NCBI GenBank assembly: GCA_000388065.2
Contig: KB932203.1
DNA: 17,509 nt
From: Fonticula alba ATCC 38817
Lineage: Eukaryota > Protista > Nucleariida
Direction: 5' to 3' (one strand)
Part shown: positions 8,391-17,132 of the stretch, piece by piece
Position numbering within the stretch: the stretch's first letter is position 1
Layout of the letters: the number at the start of each line of letters is the position of its first letter
Position numbers and translations under genes: made by a program
Notes under the pieces: generated by a model
What the model was told of the DNA's origin: nothing
Database searches by the model: none
The model's input: the letters and a program-made list of their open reading frames with translations, nothing else

Positions 8391-10179
8391 TCTGCTCGCG
8401 CGTCGAGTCGCCGCGGTCCAGTGGCGGCATGCCCACCAGGACCAAGGACACGCCGCCATGCTGGTAGGCCAGGTACCCATGCTCGCTGATGTCAAAGGCC
8501 GATGGGAGCTTGGCCTCGGAGGTGGCCGCCTCCCAGGCGGCGCGCAGGTGATGCTTGGCATTGTTCCGAAGCTCGGCCTTGGAAGCAGACTCCAGGTCGA
8601 CTGCTTGGTGAGGAGGAGGGACGCACGCGCGCGCACGGAGAGAGAGAGAGAGAGAGGGAGGGAGGGGGGGGGCAGCATGAAGGAGCAGAGGAGGGTTAGC
8701 AATGGCAGGATGGGCGTCGCGCCCCCTCCCCGCTTCAGCGAGCGAGGCGCGAAAAGGGGCACATGGCAGAGACGCACCACCAGCCGGCGGGGTCTCCCCG
8801 AACACCGCATGGCGGAAGGCCAGCTTCTGGGGGAGGAGGAATTTGGCGGCATTCTCGCTGGTGGCCAGAACACCGTTGTAGGCGTTGGCCGAGGCGCGCG
8901 AGGCGGCCGTGATGATGGCGATCTCCAGGCCGGTCTGCGCGTGGAGGTGCTTGATGCGGCGGTCCAGATCACGCAGGCCCCGGCGCTGGGCTTGGACCAG
9001 CCGACGCTGGTCCGAGGCGGTGAGCCCGCCGGCCCCGGCCCCGCGGGCCCCAGCCTTGGCATTGGACGCCGAAATGGGCGGCGAGTGATAGAGCGCCGCA
9101 TTGGACACATCGGAGGCGAACTTCCGCAGGAGGTCCAACTGCGTCTGGTCCAGCATCTTGAAGCGGTTGGCGCACTCGACATTGGAGTACTTCTCCTTGG
9201 AGTAGGCCTCGGTGTAGGCGCGCTGGTAGATGTTCCAAGCGCTGAGAGACCGAAGGCGACCGGCCGACGAGGCGATCATGTCCTTGCGGACCTTGCGCTG
9301 AATGGCCCGGGTGAAGACTCCGCCCAGGTCGTCGGTGGCGGCGTCATCCCCGGCCGGGGTGCCGGCCTCGTCGTCCGAGGCGTCCGAGGCATCGGTGGCC
9401 TCGGTGCCAGGGTCATCGTCATCGCCGCCATCACCGGGGCCGGGGGTGGGCTGGCTGCTCGGGCCATCGGCTCCGCCATCGAAGGGAGTGGCCGAGTCCC
9501 GATCCAGGCCGCTGCTGCCATCGAGACCGCTGTCATCGAGCTCGCTCCCATCGTCCGGGGCGAAGGCGCCGCCGCTGACGCCGCCTCGAGGGGGGCGGAT
9601 CTTGAGCCCACGTGCCCGGGCATTGGCCAGCACGCCGGCCTTGCCACCGGGGGGGAAGGTACCATCGGGTGGCGCATGGGCTTCGGCGCCACCCTCGGCT
9701 GCGGCCATGTTGGCCGTGTAGTCTGAAGCGGGCGAAGCAGAGGGGAGAGGGAGGGGAGGGGGGAGGGGGTGAGTCAGACCGAAGAGGATCCGAGAGGGCG
9801 AGAGGGCGAGAGGGCGAGAGGGCGAGAGGGCGAGAGGGCGAGAGGGCGAGAGGGCGAGAGGGCGAGAGGGCGAGAGGGCGAGAGGGAGAGGGAGAGAGAG
9901 AGAGAGAGGGAGAGAAAGAGAGAAAGAGAGGGAGGGAGAGAGAGACTGGGGGGGGAAGAAAGTGGAGGAGCGCCAAACGCACCCATGACCGAGGACCCGG
10001 TCACCGGGAGGAGATGGGGCTCCGTGCCAGAAGCCTCATGGGCACCGCCGATCGAGTCGGAGCGCGGGCGCTTTCGGCTTCCGATGGCTGCGGCTTGTGG
10101 CGACAGCGGGGCGTTGGCCGGAGAGAGGACCGGCGAGTCGGAGCCGGGACCGGTGGCGGCGGCGGCAGCGGCAGCAGCA

Positions 10180-10220
<41 letters not shown>

Positions 10221-10362
10221 AGACGAAGAAGAAAGAGGCGCGTGCCTGTCGGCCAAGCGGAAGGCCTCGGCGCTGGAGCTGGCGCTCGGGGGCGCCGCCG
10301 TGGAGTGAATTGCGGCGATGGTGGGGGAGGAAGTGGCGGCAGCTGCGGCAGCGGCGGCTGGA

Positions 10363-10394
<32 letters not shown>

Positions 10395-10556
10395 TGGAGC
10401 GGCGGCGGCGGCTGCGACGGCGGGACGGGGGGCCGACCGGTGGAGGATCGGGACCGGGGGCGGGAGGGGGAGCTGGCGCGGAGCGGCGTGCGGCGAGAAT
10501 GCGGCAGGCGGCTGCAAAGAGGGGAGGTGGTGGAGTGGCGCGGGCGCAGGGGCCAT
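5899..10556 (-). CDS. Predicted nuclear protein, complement(join(5899..8600,8778..9722,9983..10556)), about 1406 aa: poly-Ala N-terminus, NLS, acidic patch, HMG-box-like domain, uncharacterised globular region, long low-complexity C-terminus
   Basis: The 1269-aa ORF (5899..9708) has strong C/G third-position bias. Two GTGCGT...CAG introns, both phase 1, splice in frame (exons 574+945+2702 = 4221 nt). RKRPR at 10062-10076. RSLSAWNIYQR...ECANRFKMLDQTQLDLLRKFA at 9109-9258 is HMG-like. The start codon is uncertain. Confidence 0.8.
7867..7908 (-). repeat. Pure (CAG)14 coding poly-Gln
   Basis: (CTG)14 on the plus strand, in frame as YE-Q14-RT. Confidence 0.95.
8601..8777 (-). other. Spliceosomal intron, 177 nt (174 nt if the AAG acceptor is used), phase 1
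   Basis: GTGCGT donor at 8777, GCTAAC branch site at 8700-8695, (CT)n tract, tandem AAG/CAG acceptor. Its translation (PPLPPSLSLSLRARACV) is microsatellite-derived. Confidence 0.85.
9723..9982 (-). other. Spliceosomal intron, 260 nt, phase 1
   Basis: GTGCGT donor at 9982, TCTGAC branch site at 9778-9773, pyrimidine tract, CAG acceptor ending at 9723. G+AC gives Asp and joins the upstream ORF in frame to YTANMAAAE. Confidence 0.85.
9791..9886. repeat. Octamer tandem repeat (CGAGAGGG)12 inside the intron, grading into (GA)n
   Basis: Read directly. Confidence 0.95.
10155..10220 (-). repeat. GCC/GCT repeat coding 22 consecutive Ala; further Ala runs at about 10335-10415
   Basis: Read directly, in frame with exon 1. 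Confidence 0.9.
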
Positions 10557-12017
10557 GGGACTAGCAAGGGAGGGGGGTAGGCTGCGGAGGGAGGGAGTGG
10601 GGGGTGTCGCTCGGGCCGACGCCTTAGTGGGGAAAACTGCGTCGGATGGGGGGGGGGGGAGTTGACAAGCGCGGTGGGTGGCGGGCGAAAGCCGGGAGAT
10701 GGGCAGCACAGCGGCAGGCTGAGGAGGGGCGGGGGGGGGGTACCTTGTGGGGGAGGGGAGGGGCGGCCGGCGACAAGGAGAGGGGGAGTGTGAAGGGGGA
10801 GAAGGAGGAGGAGAAGGAGTTGGAGGAGGGAGGATATTGGGAGACGAAGCGGAGTTCACATGTGGGAGGGCCCGGCCGAGGCCCGCCATAGGGGGAGGGG
10901 CTGGCCGAAAAAGAGGCGTGCACTGGTGCCTGGCCCCGCCCCCGGGGACGCCTTGCGCGCAGGGCCGCGGCAGGGAAAGGGGCGGGGGAACAGCGTAGCA
11001 CCCCACACGCGGGGAGATCTTCTCCGCGCGTATGCGCGCACACACGCCCCGTGCGCCCACCGCGCCCGCCCACACACTCGCACGCCCACACATGCCCTGC
11101 CTGGCCGACGCAGCCGAGGCAGCGGCGGCGGCGGCGGCGGCGGCGGCTGGCATGCGCCGACGGCGGCGGTCGTCCCTGGGGGGGGGGGCCGCGCGTGGGT
11201 GCCTTTTCAACAGGGGGGGCGATCAGCAGGCGATCGCCGAGAGATTGCGTCCCCTTCCCCGGCCCCGCCCCTCACACACACACACCAAGAGGGGGGAATG
11301 GCCCCCCCCCGACCAGGGCCGGGGCGAGGGGGGCCGAAGAAAGTGCGCCCGGGATCTGGACAAGATCTCCCCTGTGCATGTGCGAGAGTGTGTGCGCCGC
11401 CGTGCCGGCGCATAGGGGGGCGCCCCCCCGCTGGCGGCGGGCGGGCGCGCTGATCGCGCGCGACCGCCCACATCCCTGCGCATGCAGATGTGTGACCCCC
11501 TCGCTCGCTCGCTCGCTCGGCCACCCGGCCGAGTCACTCCCCTCGCGGCTCCGGAGGTCCGGCCGGCGGGGTCCTCGCGGTGCCGCTGCTCTCGGCGCAC
11601 GCCTGCCAGCGCGCCCTCGCGCACCCGTCCGGCACAATTCCCGGAAAGTCCGGGAAAAAGAACGCCAGCCGGCGGAATGGGCGCCAGTTCCCGTGCCAGC
11701 GGTGGCGCCCGCCCGCCCATCCGATGGGCCGATGGGCCGGATGAGCCGCGCCCGCCCCCGCCCCCGCCCCCGCCCCACAGGGGACCCCATCAGACGAGAG
11801 ACGGCGAGAGAACGAGAGAAAGATCGGGATGCAGAATGTGCCGCGCATTCCCCCGGGGGCGCGAGACACGCTGACTCAGCGCGGATGAGTGGGCTTTTCC
11901 TTGGGGAGGGCGCCCCGCCCCCCCCCGGGGGGGAAGGAAGGCGGGCGAAGCAGGGGGGGGATGGCTTGGAGCCACACCCGCCCGGCCACGCCCAAGCCAT
12001 CATCCGCGTTACCAAGC

Positions 12018-12066
12018 CCGCCCGCCCGCCCGCCCGCCCGCACGCACGCACGCACGCACGCACGCA
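12018..12066. repeat. Compound (GCCC)n-(GCAC)n tetranucleotide repeat
   Basis: Read directly. Confidence 0.9.
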
Positions 12067-12852
12067 TGCCGCTTGCTCCGCAAGGTGCCCGCCCCGCGCC
12101 GGGGGGTAGGGTGTTGGAATGACGAGGCATCCGTCCACGGGACGCGGGTGTTCCCTCGCCCCCCGGACGTCGCCGTGGGCTCGGTCCCCTCCGGCACCCC
12201 CGCCGCCACCACCACGCCAGCGTGCGCTGGTCCGGGCGCGCGCGCGGCACTCGCGCACAGGACCACCGCACGCACCGAGTGGAACACGGCGTCCGGGTCG
12301 GACGGTCCCGGGTGCCGCGGGGCTGCGGCCCGAAGGGAGACCGTTGGGACGAGGGGCCGACGGCGGAAGCTTCTCACGAACGCCGCGCCAGGGGCAGCAT
12401 GCACTGGAGTGAGTCCCGCCGGGCCCGGCCGCCCCGCCCCGCCCCGCCGAGGGGCACCTCCCCACGTCGGCGTGCCGCGCGCGCGCGCACGCGCCCACGC
12501 AAACTTCCGGCCCCGCCCGGTGGAGGCCTCCCGCGCTCGATGTCGCCACAGCTCCGCTGACCCGGCCCGGCGCCGGCGCCTTCCGCCCGGGCAGATAGCT
12601 CGGAGGCAGGGGCCCGCCGTGTTGCCGCGCGTCCCCCCCCCCCCCCGCTCCGCCCCTCACACTCCGCTAGACACCTGATCGCGCGCGTGCGAACCGCCCG
12701 CCGGGCGTGCGAGCGCGCGCGATTGTCCCGCCCAGGAGGACTCTCACGGCACGCCGGGGAGGCGCACACCCGAGTGCGCGCGTGTCCGCGGCGTGTTGGC
12801 CCGGCCCCGCCGACGCCCGCAGCAAGGCCTCCCCGGCCATTTGCGGATCCTC

Positions 12853-12886
12853 TGTTGTTGTTTTTGTTGTTGTTGTTGTTGTTGTT
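12853..12886. repeat. (TTG)n trinucleotide repeat
   Basis: Read directly, one TTT interruption. Confidence 0.9.
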
Positions 12887-12982
12887 CGTGGTGGCGGCAC
12901 GCCCCGCCGCCCCCTCCCGCCCCCGACGCGCGCTCCCCCTCTGTGCGGGACACGACACCGGCCGGGTGAGGGGGCCCGGGCA

Positions 12983-13002
12983 CGCGCGCGCGCGCGCGCG
13001 CG
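12983..13002. repeat. Perfect (CG)10 dinucleotide tract
   Basis: Read directly. Confidence 0.95.
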
Positions 13003-13431
13003 CTCACGCTCGCCCGCACCCCCGGACGTCCGACAACAGCCGACGAAGAGGCCGGCGCCCGGATGCATGGCGTGGGTCGCCGGGGTTGCCGCACGGAACG
13101 CCGGGCCCGGTGACGAGACGCCGCCCGCTCCCCGGACGCACCAGCTGCCGGCGCTTCAGTGCCGGGGCCGGCCCTTGCGCCCCAAAGTGGCACCGCACCT
13201 CGCTGCCCTCGCCGACGGTTGGCCAGCAGCCGGACGGTGTCTCCCTCCCCCTCCGCCCCCCGCCGCGCACACACCGGGTGGTGCCCGGGGGGGGGGGGGA
13301 GAACAAGAAACCGCGCGAGGCCGAGGCGGGGCCCCGGGCATGCGCATCTGGCGCCGCCGGGGTCCCCGCGGTCGTGCGCAGATGGCCCCCGGCCGAGTGG
13401 GCGACGCATCGCCGGGCCCGCGTATGGGCCC

Positions 13432-13900
13432 NNNNNNNNNNNNNNNNNNNNNNNNNNNNNNNNNNNNNNNNNNNNNNNNNNNNNNNNNNNNNNNNNNNNN
13501 NNNNNNNNNNNNNNNNNNNNNNNNNNNNNNNNNNNNNNNNNNNNNNNNNNNNNNNNNNNNNNNNNNNNNNNNNNNNNNNNNNNNNNNNNNNNNNNNNNNN
13601 NNNNNNNNNNNNNNNNNNNNNNNNNNNNNNNNNNNNNNNNNNNNNNNNNNNNNNNNNNNNNNNNNNNNNNNNNNNNNNNNNNNNNNNNNNNNNNNNNNNN
13701 NNNNNNNNNNNNNNNNNNNNNNNNNNNNNNNNNNNNNNNNNNNNNNNNNNNNNNNNNNNNNNNNNNNNNNNNNNNNNNNNNNNNNNNNNNNNNNNNNNNN
13801 NNNNNNNNNNNNNNNNNNNNNNNNNNNNNNNNNNNNNNNNNNNNNNNNNNNNNNNNNNNNNNNNNNNNNNNNNNNNNNNNNNNNNNNNNNNNNNNNNNNN
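13432..13900. other. Assembly gap, 469 N
   Basis: N run read directly. Confidence 0.99.
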
Positions 13901-15608
13901 GAAACATGCATTCCCCGGGGCCGCCCTGGCGGCGGCCCCCCGCGCACCACACAATCCGCCGCGCCTGGTGCAGGTGACCATCGGACGCGCCGGCGGGCCG
14001 GCATTTCCCACGTTCGACCATCCCCAATGGATGTCGCCCCCGAGCGCGCGGCCGACTGCCGCGGAGGTCCCGACTGACACCGGGCCGCCCGGGCCCGCAC
14101 ACACACACACACACACCGGCGCATGCCCGCGCCAAGGAGCTGGCAGCGTCTCCCCCTGCGACCCCCGGGCCGGGAGACGCGACGCGCGCACGCCGCGCCC
14201 TCACACACACACACACACAGGCACACACAGGCACACACAGCCGACAGAACAAACAAAATCCCTCGAGAGACACGCGCATACCTACACACACACACAGACG
14301 CACCCCCGCCCCCGCCCCCGCCCCCGCCCATCGGCCAGCAGCCATGCCGCGGACGAATAGCCCGCCCCGGCCCGCTGCCAGGCTCAACGGAGCCCGGAGG
14401 GCGTGCCGGACCGACGCACGAAGGCCAAGCCCCACGCACAGCGCGGTCGGCCTGGTGGCACCCACCGACCCGCATCATGCCCACAGGCACGCCCCCGCCA
14501 GGAAAAGATGCCTCCCACCCCCGGGGCCCGCACACCGGCGCATGCCCCCGGCCGGCGGCCATCTGCCACCATGCCCCGGGGCTTAGGACCCGCCGGGGCG
14601 GCGACGCCCCCCGCGGGGCGGCCCTCGCGGGAGGGTCCCCGTAAACCGGTCTGGGAGGCCGCCCCGACCGGCCCCCTGGACGGGCGGCAGGAGCGAACCC
14701 GCGTGGAATATTCCCTCCCCCCCCCCCGCCTGGCCCCATCCCCATCCCCCCGGAGACCCGCCCACGCATGACCCGCCCGCCCCCTCCCCTCCGCCGGGGC
14801 CGAGCGAGAGGGCCCATTCCCGAACCTTCCTTCCCCCGGCCTGACGCCCAAGCCACGCCCGGCGCCGCGTCCTGCCACAACGCCGGCACCGCCCCCGCCG
14901 GCCTGCGCCACCAATGAGCCCCTCTGCCTCATGGATGAGGCACGCCGCTCCGAGAGGGGGCGTGGGGGGGGGCGGGGGGGCAAGGCCCCTGCGCCCCCAC
15001 CCCCCCCCCGCCGAAGTGTGCATCCCACATGGGGCGCCCCTCGGCCCCGGGGGGGGGAGGTCGAGGGGCGCCTGTCTCACCTGGGCAGGGGCCGCCTGGA
15101 TCCAAGCCGGGAGGGGGGGGGAGCACACCGACAAAGCGCGCCGGCAACCATGCCTGCGCGAGCGCCCCTGTCGCAGCCTCCGGGGACACGGACGCGGCGT
15201 TCTGCCCCACAACAGATGCCGCCCCCTCGCGACACCCATCGCTGGCCCTCTGGGCGCGACTGGGGTTTGTCATTCCCGACGCCGATCCCAGCCCGGGCCT
15301 CGGGCAGCACGCGTGGGGGGGGGGGGGGGGGTCTCCGCTCGCCCCCCCCCCCCCCCCCCCCCGCCGGGGACCGCCAGGCCCGACAGGACGCGCACGCCAC
15401 CACCACGCACCCCGCGCATTCGCCTCCCAAGCAAACACATGTGCCAGGTGCCTGCCCCCCCGAGGGCCCCCGTCGCTGGCATGGGGGAGCCCCCGGGCGC
15501 GTGCTGAGCACGCAGCCTCGCGCTGCCGCACCTCTGCCACGGTGTTTCAGCGCGTCGTGGGAAGCGAACGCCCCCCCCCCCCCCCCCCCCCTGCTGTGTC
15601 CCCGGCCC

Positions 15609-15853
15609 NNNNNNNNNNNNNNNNNNNNNNNNNNNNNNNNNNNNNNNNNNNNNNNNNNNNNNNNNNNNNNNNNNNNNNNNNNNNNNNNNNNNNNNNNNNN
15701 NNNNNNNNNNNNNNNNNNNNNNNNNNNNNNNNNNNNNNNNNNNNNNNNNNNNNNNNNNNNNNNNNNNNNNNNNNNNNNNNNNNNNNNNNNNNNNNNNNNN
15801 NNNNNNNNNNNNNNNNNNNNNNNNNNNNNNNNNNNNNNNNNNNNNNNNNNNNN
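15609..15853. other. Assembly gap, 245 N
   Basis: N run read directly. Confidence 0.99.
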
Positions 15854-16370
15854 CCCCCCCCCCCCGCGGCCCGCCGGAAACTGCGTAATTTTAAATCGGA
15901 ATTTCGCGCCTTCCTGGCCCACCTGCCGTGTCCAGCCGCAGGCGGCCTCGCAACCCGGTCTCCCGCGCGCCTCCCCGTGCCCCGGGGCCGGGCCGCCAGG
16001 CGCAACACCCCGGGCGGCCCCGGCCGTGGGCCATCATCCTCCGCGCCCCCCAAACGGTGAGGGAGCAAAGTGCGTCCCCGCCCCCGCGCGTGGCTGCCTT
16101 TTCCCCTGAGCATCTAAGCCCCCATGCACCGAACCCCACCGGCCCGATCCTTCGCCCCGCCGCTTGTCAACGTGCCCCCGTCCCCGCCCCCCCACTCCCG
16201 AGCCCTGGGAGACACAACAAAATCAAAATATCGCCCGTCTCGATCGGCCATTCCCCCCCGCCGACCCCCGCACACACACACACACACCCACCCGAAAGGG
16301 GCGGTCCTCGCGAGGCAGACTCGTCGACTTGACGCTTCGCTCCTCCCGGAGAGCCCCCCGCCTCGGACAA

Positions 16371-16575
16371 ACGTGGGGCCCTTCTTCCAAACGGCGAGGT
16401 GACGTGGCAGCATGCCCTCGGCATGGGCGTAACCCAGCACAAACACCCTTAACCCAAACAACACGCCAGCCCCGGCACCGGGACCAGGTCACCCGGGCCC
16501 GATCACATGCCGGCACTAGCGGCACGACGGGAAGAGCGCACCACGTCTGCCACCGCATCGGAGGCAAACCACGTG
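16371..16575. promoter_or_regulatory. Cluster of four ACGTGG/CCACGT bZIP-type cores upstream of the right-edge gene
   Basis: ACGTGG at 16371, TGACGTGGC at 16400-16408, CCACGTC at 16551-16557, CCACGTG at 16569-16575. Function is inferred only. Confidence 0.35.
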
Positions 16576-16717
16576 CCCAAAGAACAATCACGCGCGCCGC
16601 CGGCGGAATGCCCGGCCGCCCGCCGGACCAGGGCCGCCGTTCGGATGTGTTTTCTTGGTGGTCTAGTCGGCCAATGGGGCCTGCGGGTTGGGGGGGGAGG
16701 GGGATGAACCACTGTTG

Positions 16718-16720
<3 letters not shown>

Positions 16721-16760
<40 letters not shown>
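16721..16760. repeat. (TC)20 microsatellite
   Basis: Read directly. Confidence 0.97.
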
Positions 16761-16766
<6 letters not shown>

Positions 16767-17132
16767 CCGCCCGCCCTTCTCCCGAGAATCGTGTCCCTCT
16801 CTGGCGAGGCGCCTCCGGGACGAAGCCCGGGTGTTTGGACCCCCGCCCCCTGACGCGAGGGAGAGCGCGACCGCACACGCAGTTGGATGCCAGTGCATCA
16901 TCATCCCCGTCGCGCCCCCCCGGCCGCCGGCTGACCCCAACATGGCTGTTCCCCCGCCCCGGTGCCGGGCCAGCGTCCTACGGCGGCGCCGTCGGCACCG
17001 CCATCCCATTCTCTTTTTGTTTGTGCCTCCTCCCGCCGGCCCCGCCCTTCTCGACAGCCTCTCTCCCCCTCCCTGTCCCTCCCCTCCCCCCCCTGCCCCA
17101 CTTGCGCCGGATCCGCCCCTCGCCCCCTCACC

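Noticed and set aside
6844-9726. 960-aa plus-strand ORF
   Set aside because: Codon-aligned antisense shadow of the real minus-strand gene. Strong GC3 bias removes TTA/CTA/TCA codons and so removes antisense stops. The translation is R/G-rich with poly-Leu from CTG repeats.
12009-12678. Overlapping ORFs 12073..12678 (+) and 12009..12404 (-) with nearby GTGAGT/GTGCGT motifs
   Set aside because: No recognisable domain, only modest codon bias, and no consistent acceptor-donor pair giving a gene model. RNA-seq would be needed.
12687-16113. Long ORFs spanning the N gaps (for example 557, 573 and 577 aa)
   Set aside because: Their length is inflated by X residues from the gaps and the rest is repeat-derived.
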